In this document: positions 39,542 through 50,185 of the stretch, in pieces
Numbering within the stretch: position 1 is the stretch's first letter
Layout of the letters: every line of letters starts with the position of its first letter
Assembly: GCA_039630545.1 (NCBI GenBank)
Contig: JBCNUU010000007.1
Coordinates: 34,590 to 98,589 of the forward strand
Reading direction: 5' to 3'
Length of the DNA: 64,000 nt
Origin: Endomicrobiia bacterium
GTDB taxonomy: Bacteria > Elusimicrobiota > Endomicrobiia > DTEH01
Made by a program: the position numbers and the translations under genes
The notes under the pieces: generated by a model
Database searches by the model: none
The model's input: the letters and a program-made list of their open reading frames with translations, nothing else
What the model was told of the DNA's origin: nothing

Positions 39542-41272
39542 TTAAGTTAGTGTGTTGAGAAATTCTTCTATTTGAATTAATTGAGTTTCTGATGTAAACC
39601 TTAAAGCTGAGATCTTTGACTTTAATTCAGGGGTTATAAGTTGTTGTAGATGAAGGTTCTGGGTATCAATTTTTTGTTTTAAATTATGATATAATTTTAT
39701 TATAACTTTTAACATTAAGTATTGCTTTTTGGCAGAACAGTATGTATCTACTGGATCAAAAGCTGACTGATAAAGAAAATCTTCTCTTAACATGCGTGCT
39801 ATTTCAAGTATTAGTTTATCGTGTTCCGATAAAGTTTCATAACCAACAAGGCGAACAATTTCTTTGATTTCAGCTTCTTTTTGTAATAAAGACATCGCTT
39901 CTGTTCTTAAATCTACAAAATCTTCACCTAGTTTTTCTTTATAGTAATCATTTAGCATTTCATAGTACAAAGAATAACTTGTAAGCCAGTTTATTGCAGG
40001 AAAATGTCTGGCATAAGCAAGCCAATCTTCAAGAGACCAAAATACTTTTACTACTTTCAAAGTTGCTTGAACTACTGGGTCTGAAAGATCTCCTCCAGGA
40101 GGAGAAACGGCTCCTGTAACTGTAAGTGCACCTACTTTATTGTCTGAACCCAAACATTTTACTTTTCCTGCTCTTTCATAAAACTCAGCAACTTTTTTAG
40201 GTAAGTAAGCAGGATAACCTTCTTCTCCTGGCATTTCCTCTAGTCTTCCTGAAATCTCTCTTAAAGCTTCTGCCCAGCGAGAAGTGGAATCTGCCATTAA
40301 AGCAACTGAGTAACCCATGTCTCTAAAATATTCCGCTATAGTTATTCCGGTATATATAGATGCTTCCCTTGCTGCAACAGGCATATTTGATGTATTAGCA
40401 ATTAAAACTGTTCTGTACATTAAAGGATAACCTGATTTGGGATCTTTCAGTTCAGGGAACTCTATTAATACATCTGTCATTTCATTACCTCTTTCACCAC
40501 ATCCTACATACACAATTATTTCAGCATCTGCCCATTTTGCAAGTTGGTGCTGAAGTACTGTTTTACCACTTCCAAAAGGTCCTGGTACACAGGATGTACC
40601 TCCTTTAGCAACAGGAAAGAAGGTATCTATTACTCTTTGGCCTGTAAAAAGTGGTTCTGATGGAGGAAGTTTTTCTTTGTAAGGTCTTGGTTTTCTTACA
40701 GGCCATTTGTGGTACATTTTGAGTTCTAAAATTTCTTCTTTAGATTTTGCCCTACATATGATATCTTCTACAGTAAACTTACCTGTTTTTATTTCTAATA
40801 TTTCTGCTTCTTCTATGTAAGGTGGGACTAAGATGAAGTGTTTAATTAAAGGCGTCTCCTGTACATAGCCTAATGCATCTCCAGCTTTTATTTTATCTTT
40901 TGGTTTTTTTAAAGGTACGAACTCCCAAAGTTTTTCTCTGTCTAGACTTGGTACATGTATACCTCTTGTTATAAAATATCCTGCATGCTTTTCTATGCTT
41001 TCAAGTGGTCTTTGAATACCGTCATATATTGTAGTAAGAAGGCCAGGACCAAGTTCCACACATAAAGGTTCATTTGTAGTTTCCACAGGATCATCTACAG
41101 CTAAACCAGTAGTAGATTCATACACCTGAATGTAAAACTTATCACCATGCAGTTGTATTACTTCACCTATAAGTTTTTCTTTGCCAACATAAACCACGTC
41201 GTACATCTTTATTCCCGGAATACCTGTAGCTATTACTAATGGTCCTGAAACTTTTACTATTTTTCCTTTCAT
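39542..41272 (-). CDS. ntpA: V/A-type ATP synthase subunit A
   Basis: [43 protein letters not shown]. Confidence 0.96.
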   Translation of the reverse strand: MKGKIVKVSGPLVIATGIPGIKMYDVVYVGKEKLIGEVIQLHGDKFYIQVYESTTGLAVDDPVETTNEPLCVELGPGLLTTIYDGIQRPLESIEKHAGYFITRGIHVPSLDREKLWEFVPLKKPKDKIKAGDALGYVQETPLIKHFILVPPYIEEAEILEIKTGKFTVEDIICRAKSKEEILELKMYHKWPVRKPRPYKEKLPPSEPLFTGQRVIDTFFPVAKGGTSCVPGPFGSGKTVLQHQLAKWADAEIIVYVGCGERGNEMTDVLIEFPELKDPKSGYPLMYRTVLIANTSNMPVAAREASIYTGITIAEYFRDMGYSVALMADSTSRWAEALREISGRLEEMPGEEGYPAYLPKKVAEFYERAGKVKCLGSDNKVGALTVTGAVSPPGGDLSDPVVQATLKVVKVFWSLEDWLAYARHFPAINWLTSYSLYYEMLNDYYKEKLGEDFVDLRTEAMSLLQKEAEIKEIVRLVGYETLSEHDKLILEIARMLREDFLYQSAFDPVDTYCSAKKQYLMLKVIIKLYHNLKQKIDTQNLHLQQLITPELKSKISALRFTSETQLIQIEEFLNTLT

Positions 41273-41278
41273 ATTTGG

Positions 41279-41590
41279 TTATTCCTCTAATTTTATTCCT
41301 GTGGCAATTGCAGCTAATTTTTTGTATTTTTGTTTTGCTAAGTTTTTAGAGCCTCTTATTCCAGGCAACGGAATTACACTTGAAGACAATTTTTCTATTT
41401 CTGGATATTTTTCTAAAATCACCTCATAGACTTCTTCTGTCAGAAAAATTCTTTCATATAGATTTTTAATACTGTTGAATTTTTCAATAATCTCAGATTT
41501 ATCTTTTAAGTTAGTATATATAACTTCCCACCCAAAACATTTATACATTACTACTGATTCGTAGTCTCCTAAAACGGCAAATTTTTTCAT
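41279..41590 (-). CDS. ntpF: V/A-type ATP synthase subunit F
   Basis: AVLGDYESV...FG, IPLPG, ATG-I end; directly upstream of subunit A. Confidence 0.8.
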   Translation of the reverse strand: MKKFAVLGDYESVVMYKCFGWEVIYTNLKDKSEIIEKFNSIKNLYERIFLTEEVYEVILEKYPEIEKLSSSVIPLPGIRGSKNLAKQKYKKLAAIATGIKLEE

Positions 41591-41677
41591 ATTTAAGTTT
41601 TTATATACTAATTTATTATTAAAAGGTCAATATAAAAAAACAATTTTTCGCTTTTAAAAATTGAAAACTTCAAGCTA

Positions 41678-41706
41678 TTGACAGATATATTTATAATTTA
41701 TATATT
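41678..41706 (+). promoter_or_regulatory. Putative sigma70 promoter for the amrB-amrA fusion
   Basis: TTGACA-17 bp-TATATT. Confidence 0.5.
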
Positions 41707-41717
41707 TTAGTAGTGTT

Positions 41718-43220
41718 ATGTTAATAGCGTTGATGTTTTTATTTTTTATGGTAGAATTTTCTGAAACTCGTCAACCCGTAGTAGCAGGACAGTTTTATCC
41801 AGCAGACAAAGAAGAGTTAATATCTGAAATCAAAAACTACTTTGAAAATGTAAAAACTCTTCCAACGCCTAAAGGAGAACTTTTAGGAATAATTTCTCCT
41901 CATGCTGGATATGTTTTTTCTGGACAAGTTGCAGCTTACAGCTATAAATTTTTATTACAATATAATATAAAAAATCCTATAGTTATTCTTATAGGCCAGT
42001 CACATCATTACTATCTTAAAAAAGCTTCTCTATATCCAAAAGGGAATTTTAAAACCCCTTTAGGAGAAGTCGAAATTCAGCAAGATTTTGTTGAGTTGCT
42101 TTTAAACAACAAACAGTGTTTTGAAGCTGCTACACAACCACATCTTCCTGAACACTCCTTAGAAGTCCAGATTCCTTTTTTACAATATACATTTAAAGAA
42201 TTTACGATAGTCCCTATTCTGGTAAGTAAGTTTGATTACGATTTTACACTAAAAATTTCAAAAGCATTAGCCGAGGCTATTAAAAGTTATCAAAAAGAAA
42301 GAAAAATTATTATAGTGTGTTCAACTGATATGTCTCATTATCCAAGTTATGAAGATGCAAAGAAAGTTGATGCTCAGGCAATAGAGCTTTTGAAACATTA
42401 TGATACTAAAAAGTTTTATAATGAGCTACCTAAAATTGAAAGCGCAGAGGTTGTAAATTTGTATTGTGTATTTTGTGGTGAGACAGCAGTCGGTATAACT
42501 CTGGAAACCACAAAGCTTTTAGGAGGTAATCTTATAGAGGTGTTAAACTATAGTAATTCAGGGGATACAAAATTTGGCGAGAAAACTCGTGTGGTTGGGT
42601 ATTTAGCTGCAGCGTTTATAAAAGATACTTCTAAAAAGGAGAAACAAATAGCTATGAAAGAAGAAACTCAGTCAGAGTTTAAAATTTCAAAAGAATCTCA
42701 AAAGATACTTCTATCTTTAGCAAGGCAGGCAATTAAAGAATATGTTTCTAGTGGAAAAATTATAGAATATAAAACAGATAACAAAGAATTACTTACTCCT
42801 CAAGCAGTGTTTGTTACCTTAACTAAAAAAGGACACCTTAGAGGATGCATAGGAACTACTTTTCCTCAATATCCACTTTATCAAGCAGTAATAAATATGG
42901 CAATAGCCGCAGCCACAGAAGATCCAAGGTTTCCTCAAGTTACTTTAGAAGAAATAGAAGATATAAAAATAGAAATTTCTGTTTTATCACCTCTCAAACG
43001 GGTTTTTTCTCATAAAGATATTAAAGAAAAACTTCATGGAGTTGTCGTAAGAAGAGGCGGACGGAGTGGTCTTTTTTTGCCACAAGTATGGGAGCAACTT
43101 CCTAAAAAAGAACAGTTTCTTTCAGAGTTGTGTTGGGGAAAAGCAGGACTACCACCAAATGCCTGGCAGGATCCTAAAACAGAGTTGTATGTATTTACAG
43201 TTGTTTCTTTTGAAGAATGA
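41718..43220 (+). CDS. amrB: AmmeMemoRadiSam system protein B (MEMO1-like) fused to protein A (AMMECR1-like)
   Basis: VAGQFYP, PHAGYVFSG, EHSLEVQIPFLQ, STDMSHY, then VFVTL...LRGCIG, DPRF, EISVLS, FLPQV, KAG. Confidence 0.95.
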   Translation: MLIALMFLFFMVEFSETRQPVVAGQFYPADKEELISEIKNYFENVKTLPTPKGELLGIISPHAGYVFSGQVAAYSYKFLLQYNIKNPIVILIGQSHHYYLKKASLYPKGNFKTPLGEVEIQQDFVELLLNNKQCFEAATQPHLPEHSLEVQIPFLQYTFKEFTIVPILVSKFDYDFTLKISKALAEAIKSYQKERKIIIVCSTDMSHYPSYEDAKKVDAQAIELLKHYDTKKFYNELPKIESAEVVNLYCVFCGETAVGITLETTKLLGGNLIEVLNYSNSGDTKFGEKTRVVGYLAAAFIKDTSKKEKQIAMKEETQSEFKISKESQKILLSLARQAIKEYVSSGKIIEYKTDNKELLTPQAVFVTLTKKGHLRGCIGTTFPQYPLYQAVINMAIAAATEDPRFPQVTLEEIEDIKIEISVLSPLKRVFSHKDIKEKLHGVVVRRGGRSGLFLPQVWEQLPKKEQFLSELCWGKAGLPPNAWQDPKTELYVFTVVSFEE

Positions 43221-43256
43221 CTTTCAAATTTAAGAGATTTGCTGGTTATAAAAAAA

Positions 43257-43331
43257 TGGCTCCAACGGGATTTGAACCCGTGCTTGCGGCTTGAGAGACC
43301 GCTGACCTGAACCAGCCTAGTCGATGGAGCC
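43257..43331 (-). tRNA. tRNA-Glu (CTC)
   Basis: GGCTCCA/TGGAGCC acceptor, GCGGT-CTCTCAA-GCCGC anticodon arm, GGGTTCAAATCCC T arm. Confidence 0.94.
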
Positions 43332-43419
43332 ATTATAATTACATTATTTTTAAACCTGAAAAGCCAAATTATTTTCTACAAAAAATTTTATATAAATTCA
43401 ACATATTATTAAATAAAAA

Positions 43420-44054
43420 ATTGATTGGAACTTAAAGTTTTTAAGATACATTACAAAAGAGTTTGCAAAAAGTTTGGTATTAAAAAACTTTGTTTGTAGT
43501 AGAATGTATTTCACCTAATAAGTATCAATATAGTACAGCAAAAGGAAAACTTCCCAATGTGAAATTTTACCTTACAAAATTAAAAAATTGTTACCATATA
43601 AAAAATATGACTTAATATTGATGGCTGAAAGCTGTCAGTAGTCAGTATTTAAATTTTGAAAAAAGCATTTTTAAAAATATAAGATAACTACTTGCTAAAA
43701 ATTGTTATGTTTTAATTTTTCGATTACTTTAGAAAGTCAAGTGTTAAGTATTATAAAACACTCATATAGAATAATTTTGAAGAATATATAAAAACAAATG
43801 TATTGGCAACACTTACGCTGGCTAAAATCTATTATGAGAAATATGCATTGCCAGTTGTAGAAATTGTCAGTGGTTATTTTGTGGATAAATTTTCATTCTG
43901 AGCAAATCTTTTAAAATTTATTTTTAGAAACATCCTAACCAAAATAAGATACTATGTGTATGAACATAGCAGAGAAAAACTTAATGAAGAAAAGTTTAAG
44001 AAGAATTTAGCGTATAAAATATTCCTTAATAAAAATTCAATAAAACCTTTCTAA
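43420..44054 (+). pseudogene. Decayed class I SAM-dependent methyltransferase remnant
   Basis: Broken fragments FVVECISPNKYQ, KYDLILMAESCQ*, LLAKNCYVLI/FDYFRK and NVLATLTLAK...KFSF*ANLLKFIFR...; 5' boundary approximate. Confidence 0.6.
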
Positions 44055-44058
44055 ATTC

Positions 44059-44078
44059 TTGACTGACCAATCAGTCAA
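44059..44078. promoter_or_regulatory. Palindromic TetR-family operator 1
   Basis: TTGACTGA-CCAA-TCAGTCAA, perfect 8-bp inverted repeat. Confidence 0.75.
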
Positions 44079-44098
44079 AAAAATATTTTTTAAAGCTA

Positions 44099-44150
44099 TT
44101 GACAATTAAAATTAAAAATTATATAATATAACTGACTGACTGGTCGGTTA
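44099..44150 (+). promoter_or_regulatory. Consensus sigma70 promoter plus TetR operator 2 over the start site
   Basis: TTGACA 44099-44104, 17 bp, TATAAT 44122-44127; TGACTGACTGGTCGGTTA 44133-44150. Confidence 0.8.
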
Positions 44151-44166
44151 AAGGAGGGTTAGAAAA

Positions 44167-44802
44167 ATGGAGCAACAAGAAAAAATAAAAGATACACACC
44201 TTAAAATCATTCAGGCAGGTAAAGAAATTTTAAGACAGAAAGACTATTACGAAGCAGTTGTAGAAGAAATAGCTCATCAAGCAGGTGTGGCGAAAGGGAC
44301 GATTTTTTTTTATTTTAAAACAAAGGAGAATTTATTTAGAGAAATACTTATTTCTCTTATTGAGGAGGTATGTGCAGTAATAGAAGAAATAAGTCACTAT
44401 CATATGCATCCGTTAAAAAAACTTAAATTAATTTATGAAAAATACATTGACTTTAATATAAAAAATATGAAGTTGTTTCAAAGTATAAGAAAAGTTCTTT
44501 CAGAAACAGAACCAAGGGTGGAAGAAATTAAACAAAAGTTGTTAGGTGTAAGTCAGAAAATCTTACCTATCATTGAAGAGTTAGAAAAAAAAGGACTGAT
44601 TAAAAAGATAGATGTTACCTTAGATACAGTGGAAGTAGTGCCATCTATGCTTCTTATGTATGCTTCTGCTGTTTCTACTATGGTGTTTTTTTATCCTGAA
44701 AAGTTGGAAAAAATAAAAGAGATATTCTGGCACATATTACTTCATGGAATTCTTAATGAGGATGTTTCTGTGAAAATGAATCTTTTAGGTGAAGAAGTTT
44801 AA
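44167..44802 (+). CDS. TetR/AcrR family transcriptional regulator
   Basis: EEIAHQAGVAKGTIFFYFKTKENL. Confidence 0.93.
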   Translation: MEQQEKIKDTHLKIIQAGKEILRQKDYYEAVVEEIAHQAGVAKGTIFFYFKTKENLFREILISLIEEVCAVIEEISHYHMHPLKKLKLIYEKYIDFNIKNMKLFQSIRKVLSETEPRVEEIKQKLLGVSQKILPIIEELEKKGLIKKIDVTLDTVEVVPSMLLMYASAVSTMVFFYPEKLEKIKEIFWHILLHGILNEDVSVKMNLLGEEV

Positions 44803-44818
44803 ATTTTTAGGAGGATTT

Positions 44819-46120
44819 ATGAAAAAAATTATATTAGTGTTTATAATTTTTTCTTTAGGTTTTACAAAAGAGATAACTTTTGAAGAAGGACTTTCCTTAT
44901 TGTATGAGAATAATCCTCAACTTAAAATTCTTAATTCAAAATTGTCTCAGGCACGGTACAAAAAATTTGAGACATTTACAAACTGGCTTCCTAAACTTCA
45001 ACTTCAGGCCCAATATACAAAGCTTTCCAGACCGCAGATGGATTTGTCTAAACTTCCACCTATACAACAGGCAGTTTTTAGTGGTATGTTTCCGTCTACT
45101 CTGGTTTCGGATAAGCTTTATTCTGCAAGTTTTAATATATCTCAGCTTTTATTTTCTTCAGGAAAGGTATATTCTGCTTATAAAATTTCTTGTTTAAATT
45201 ACGAAATAGCAAAATATGAGTATAAAAAAACAAAGCTTGAATTGGAAATTCAATATAAAGAAGCTTTTATCAAAACACTTTTAGCAAAAAAAGTTCTGGA
45301 AGTTACAGAAAAAACAGTTCAGATAAGTTCAGAAAATTATAAAGTTTCTTCTCAGATGTACAATGAAGGAAGAGTTTCTTACTTGGACTACTCTAGCGCA
45401 AAACTAAATCATTACAATGCAAAAATAGCCTATTTTAAGATGTTAAACAACTATCAAATAGCAAAACAATCTTTAAAAACACTTTTAGGAGTCGATTTTG
45501 AAGTAGAGCCTGAAGGAAAGCTTGAAGAGTTTTACATAGAAGAAGATTATGATTTTGAAAAGTTAAAAGAAAAAATTGATTCTACATATGATATAAAAAT
45601 AATGCAACTTCAAAAAAGCATAATAAGAAACACTCTTCATATTAATCGCACAGAAAGTTTACCTGTAGTTTCTCTTGTTGGAAACTACAGCTGGAGCACG
45701 GATAACTATGAGAAGGACTTTGATGAATGGGACGATAGACACAGTTTAGTTTTAGTGTTAAACTGGCCCATATTTAGTAGCGGTGCAACTCTGGCTAAAG
45801 TTAAACAAACTAAAGAAAGTCTAAAACAGATAGATTTTTCTATTTCATCCTTAAGAGATGGTCTTCTTCTTCAACTTAATACTTTATATTCTACTTATAT
45901 TCAACTTTTAGAGTCATTAAAACTTGCAAAAGAAAATTTAGACATAGCTGAAGAAAACTACAATGTTGCTAAAATTTATTATATAGAAGGAAGAAGCTCT
46001 TATCTTGAACTTTTACAGTCAGAACTTAATTTGTCAAACTCAAAAATTAATTATTATCAGATACTTTCTGACTATATAATTACTCTTGAAAAGTTTAAAA
46101 AATTTAAAACAACTGAGTAG
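44819..46120 (+). CDS. TolC family outer-membrane efflux protein
   Basis: Signal peptide after AGGAGG RBS, WLPKLQL, duplicated Y..GR.SYL repeats. Confidence 0.9.
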   Translation: MKKIILVFIIFSLGFTKEITFEEGLSLLYENNPQLKILNSKLSQARYKKFETFTNWLPKLQLQAQYTKLSRPQMDLSKLPPIQQAVFSGMFPSTLVSDKLYSASFNISQLLFSSGKVYSAYKISCLNYEIAKYEYKKTKLELEIQYKEAFIKTLLAKKVLEVTEKTVQISSENYKVSSQMYNEGRVSYLDYSSAKLNHYNAKIAYFKMLNNYQIAKQSLKTLLGVDFEVEPEGKLEEFYIEEDYDFEKLKEKIDSTYDIKIMQLQKSIIRNTLHINRTESLPVVSLVGNYSWSTDNYEKDFDEWDDRHSLVLVLNWPIFSSGATLAKVKQTKESLKQIDFSISSLRDGLLLQLNTLYSTYIQLLESLKLAKENLDIAEENYNVAKIYYIEGRSSYLELLQSELNLSNSKINYYQILSDYIITLEKFKKFKTTE

Positions 46121-46148
46121 TTTTTAAAAACTAAAAAGGAGGAGAATT

Positions 46149-47048
46149 ATGAAAAGAAAAATAATTATGGTGGTATTAGCAGCAGGTATATTGACTTTGA
46201 CTTCCTACAGAATTTTTGAAGCTATTCAGAAGCGCAAAAATTTTAAAAAAGAATTTCAAAAAGAAACAGAATATTCCTATATTGTAAGTGTTAAAAAGGC
46301 GATTTTTCAAAAAATTCCCGATAGTATAAATTTTGTAGGTGAAATTAAAGGAATAAACGAAATCACAGTTATTCCTAAAGTTACTGGACGTCTCCTAAGA
46401 AAGATAAAAGATGAAGGAAGTTTTGTAAATAAAGATGAAGTTATATGTGAAATTGACAGAGACGAGCCAGCGCTTAAATTTAGCTTATATGAACTAAAGT
46501 CTCCAATAAGTGGAATACTTGCGAGGTATTTTGTAGATGTTGGAGCGATGGTTTCTCCACAAACACCGATCTGTATAATTTCGGATACAAATAAGGTTAA
46601 AGTTATTTTTAACATTGATGAAAAATTAGTTAACAAAATAAAGTCAAATTCTTATGTAAAAATAGAAACAGAAACAGGAGAGATTATTATTTCTAATAAA
46701 CTTCAGACTTCAAATTACATAGACCCTCTCTCAAGAACAATGGAAGTGCGAGTAGTTTTAGAAAATCCTCAAAATTCTTTAAAATCAGGAGCTTTCGTAA
46801 AAGGAGAGCTTATTTTTTATGAAAAAACAGCATTAGTTGTTCCTGTTGAAGCTGTGTATGATATAGATAGTAAAAAAATTGCCTTTGTGGTAAAAGACAA
46901 CAATACTGTAGAAGAAAGAGAAGTGAAAACAGGTTTGAAATATAAAGATGTGGTTGAGATTATTTCTGGAATTAATAAAGATGAGAAAGTTGTATATAAA
47001 GGCGGAGAACTTTTAGTTGATGGGATGAAGGTGGAAGTAGCTGAATAA
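46149..47048 (+). CDS. RND efflux periplasmic adaptor (MFP)
   Basis: PKVTGR, KSPISG, IDPLSRT, LKSGAF, VEIISG. Confidence 0.9.
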   Translation: MKRKIIMVVLAAGILTLTSYRIFEAIQKRKNFKKEFQKETEYSYIVSVKKAIFQKIPDSINFVGEIKGINEITVIPKVTGRLLRKIKDEGSFVNKDEVICEIDRDEPALKFSLYELKSPISGILARYFVDVGAMVSPQTPICIISDTNKVKVIFNIDEKLVNKIKSNSYVKIETETGEIIISNKLQTSNYIDPLSRTMEVRVVLENPQNSLKSGAFVKGELIFYEKTALVVPVEAVYDIDSKKIAFVVKDNNTVEEREVKTGLKYKDVVEIISGINKDEKVVYKGGELLVDGMKVEVAE

Positions 47049-47082
47049 CTTCTTTTTTTAAAAAGCATTTAAGGAGGCTTCT

Positions 47083-50000
47083 ATGAAAATCACAGAAATA
47101 TCGGTAAAAAGGCCTATAGCCACAACAGTTTTATATATTTTTTTACTAATAACTTCTATAATAGCTCTTTTTAAGTTACCTGTGGATATGTTTCCACAAA
47201 TTGAACTTCCAGTTCTTATTGTGACAACGCCTTATCCACAAGCTACTGCTTTAGATGTTGAAGAGAAAGTTACAAAAATTATAGAAAATGCAGTAGCTTC
47301 TGTAGCTGGTATAGATAAAGTAGAATCCAGATCTTTAGAAAATATCTCAGTAGTAACAGCTCAGTTTAAATGGGGTAGCAACATTGACGAGAAAGCTTCT
47401 GATTTAAGAGACCTGTTAGAGTTTACAAAAATGGCTTTACCTGAAGAAGTAGAAAAACCCAGAATCATAAAGTTAGATCCTTCCTTAATGCCTGTTATGT
47501 TTTTAAGTGTATCTTCTGAAAGACCTGTAAAAGATCTAAATTATATTGTAGAGAAAAAAATAGTAGATGAATTAAAAAAAGTTGATGGGGTAGCGGGAGC
47601 TATTTTAAGAGGTGGTGAAGATAAGGAAGTATCAATCCTTATAGATCCTCAAAAACTTGCATTTTATCGTCTTACTGTGCAACAGATTATATCAGCAATT
47701 TCACAGGAAAACTTGGAGGTTCCTGTGGGAGAAGTTTACGAGGGATTTAAAAGATATTCTATCAGAGCTACTTCAAAGCTAAGTTCTGTTGATGAGATTA
47801 AAAATTTAATAGTTGGTAGCTTCCAGAATAAACCAATTTATCTTTATCAGGTAGCAAAGGTGGAAGATGCTTATAGGGAAAAAAAAGGAGTAGTAAATGT
47901 AAATGGTAGGGAATCTTTGATGATAATGATTAGAAAAAAGTCTCAGGCAAATACGGTTTATGTATGTTCAAAACTTCAAAAAAAAATCAAAGAATTACAA
48001 AAGAACTTTCCCCAACTTAATATACAGATAATTTTTGATTCTTCTGAATACATATTGGAAGTTTTAGACAACCTAAAAGAAACAATTATAATTGGTGGCA
48101 TATTTGTAATATTTACAATATTATTTTTTTTAGGAGATATTATTCCTGCTTTTATTATTGTTCTTCAAATTCCACTTTCTTTGTTTTTAGCATTTTTGTT
48201 TTTATATCTTTTTGGGTATACTATAAATTTAGTCTCTCTTATGAGTTTATCAATAGTTTTAGGTATGGTGGTTGATAACTCTATTGTAGTGGTTGATCAT
48301 ATTTTAAGACACATCATGTGGGGAAAAAACTCAAAAGAGGCTGCAGTGGCTGCTACCTCTGAGGTTGCTTCTGCGATAGTAGCTTCTACTTTGACTACTA
48401 TAGTTGTTTTTGTTCCGCTTTTATTTGTAAGTGGACTTATTCCGCTTCTTTTTAAACAGTTAGCCGTTGCTGTAATAGTGACACTTTTATGTTCATTGGC
48501 TATAGGACTTACTTTGTCTCCTATGTTATCATCTCAGCTTTGTAGTGAAACTGAATGTGAAAAGAAAACAGTAAAATTTATCAATATAGTAATTGAAAAA
48601 CTTGAAAGTGTATATGAAGAAGTAATCACATGGGCTTTATCTCACAGAAAAACTGTTATATCCGGATTTATGGGTATATTTTTTGTTTCACTTATTATTT
48701 TTGTCTTTTTTATAGGTAAAGAGTTTTTACCAAAAAGCGACGAAGCTGTTGTTAATATTTATTTTGAAACATCAAAAGGAATGAGATTTGAAAAGACATA
48801 TGAGATAGGAAAAAAAATAGAAAATAAAGTTTTAGAGTTGATCCCTTCCAAATATATAAGATCTATTTTTATTCGTTGTGGTGAAAGTGGTTCTAAAGGT
48901 TTAGCCGCTGCCTTTGGTGAATCAGAAGCATCTAACGCTGGAGAGATAGGTTTATTCTTGGTGGATAAAGAGTTTAGAGATATAACAACCTATAAAATTG
49001 TAGAAATTCTACGTAGTCAATTAATAAAAATTCCTGGAGTAATAAAACTTCGTTCGGCAGCGCAGTCTTCGGCGTCTTCAACTCTTATAGGTGGTGCAGG
49101 AAAAGCTGTTTCTTTAGAACTTTACGGTAACGATTTGAATGAAGCAATAAAAGTCTCAAATGAGATTAAACAAAAATTAAAAGAAATAGAAGGAATAAGA
49201 GACATAACTTTGAGTTTAGAAGAAAGCAGCTATCAGATTGTAATAAAATTAAACAGAGAAAAGTTAAAAATGTTAGGGGTGTCTTCTGGGTACATAATTG
49301 ACACTTTAAGAAAAACATTTTACGGAGCTAAAGCATCAAATTATACCCCACCAACTGGGTCATTAGTAGAAACATCTTATGATATATTTGTAAGAATAGA
49401 AAAAAATCTAAAAGAAGATGTTAAGAATTTAATAAATCTCCCTATCTTGTTGCCTAGCGGCAGAGTAATTTCTTTAAGTAGTATTGCAACTTTTGAAAGA
49501 ATGTTAGAGCCAAGTGAAATCAAAAGAAAAGATGGCGTAAGAGTAGTAAAAATTGAAGCAGACATCTATGGTAGGGCTCTTAACAAAATTAGAATTGATA
49601 TTGAAAAAATGCTTAAAACTATAAAATTACCTTACGGTTTCTATATAAAATTTGGCGGAGAGATAGAACAACAAATATCTGCATTTAGAGATTTAACTAT
49701 TATGTTATTTTTAGGGATACTACTTGTATATCTAATAATGGCCGCACAGTTTGAATCCTTTTTAGAACCGTTTATTATTATGTTTTCTGTGCCATTTGCA
49801 GTGGTTGGTGTGTTGCTTGGATTATTCTTATGGGGTGTAAATTTCAACATAATGAGTTTTGTTGGATTACTTTTGCTTGTGGGTGTAGTTGTAAATAACG
49901 CAATTGTTTTAGTAGATTACATAAAACTTTTAAAATCAAGAGGATTAGATTTAATAGATGCAGTCAAGGAAGCCTGTAAGACTCGTCTTAAACCAATTCT

Positions 50001-50184
50001 TATGACTGCAACAACAACTATTTTGGGAACACTTCCTATGGCTTTAAAAACAGGAAGTGGTGCAGAGTATTTTTCCTCTATGGGTGTTTCTATTGTTTCA
50101 GGGCTTACTTTCTCTACCTTAATTACTTTAATCTTTGTTCCAACACTTTATGTTGTTTTCTATAGTAAAAAAAATAATAAATAA
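47083..50184 (+). CDS. AcrB/AcrD/AcrF family RND transporter
   Basis: KRPI, GMVVDNSIVV, GVVVNNAIVLVD, RLKPILMT; 1033 aa. Confidence 0.96.
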   Translation: MKITEISVKRPIATTVLYIFLLITSIIALFKLPVDMFPQIELPVLIVTTPYPQATALDVEEKVTKIIENAVASVAGIDKVESRSLENISVVTAQFKWGSNIDEKASDLRDLLEFTKMALPEEVEKPRIIKLDPSLMPVMFLSVSSERPVKDLNYIVEKKIVDELKKVDGVAGAILRGGEDKEVSILIDPQKLAFYRLTVQQIISAISQENLEVPVGEVYEGFKRYSIRATSKLSSVDEIKNLIVGSFQNKPIYLYQVAKVEDAYREKKGVVNVNGRESLMIMIRKKSQANTVYVCSKLQKKIKELQKNFPQLNIQIIFDSSEYILEVLDNLKETIIIGGIFVIFTILFFLGDIIPAFIIVLQIPLSLFLAFLFLYLFGYTINLVSLMSLSIVLGMVVDNSIVVVDHILRHIMWGKNSKEAAVAATSEVASAIVASTLTTIVVFVPLLFVSGLIPLLFKQLAVAVIVTLLCSLAIGLTLSPMLSSQLCSETECEKKTVKFINIVIEKLESVYEEVITWALSHRKTVISGFMGIFFVSLIIFVFFIGKEFLPKSDEAVVNIYFETSKGMRFEKTYEIGKKIENKVLELIPSKYIRSIFIRCGESGSKGLAAAFGESEASNAGEIGLFLVDKEFRDITTYKIVEILRSQLIKIPGVIKLRSAAQSSASSTLIGGAGKAVSLELYGNDLNEAIKVSNEIKQKLKEIEGIRDITLSLEESSYQIVIKLNREKLKMLGVSSGYIIDTLRKTFYGAKASNYTPPTGSLVETSYDIFVRIEKNLKEDVKNLINLPILLPSGRVISLSSIATFERMLEPSEIKRKDGVRVVKIEADIYGRALNKIRIDIEKMLKTIKLPYGFYIKFGGEIEQQISAFRDLTIMLFLGILLVYLIMAAQFESFLEPFIIMFSVPFAVVGVLLGLFLWGVNFNIMSFVGLLLLVGVVVNNAIVLVDYIKLLKSRGLDLIDAVKEACKTRLKPILMTATTTILGTLPMALKTGSGAEYFSSMGVSIVSGLTFSTLITLIFVPTLYVVFYSKKNNK

Positions 50185-50185
50185 G

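Noticed and set aside
43034..43333. 99-aa minus-strand ORF
   Set aside because: Spans tRNA-Glu and the antisense of the amrB-amrA fusion
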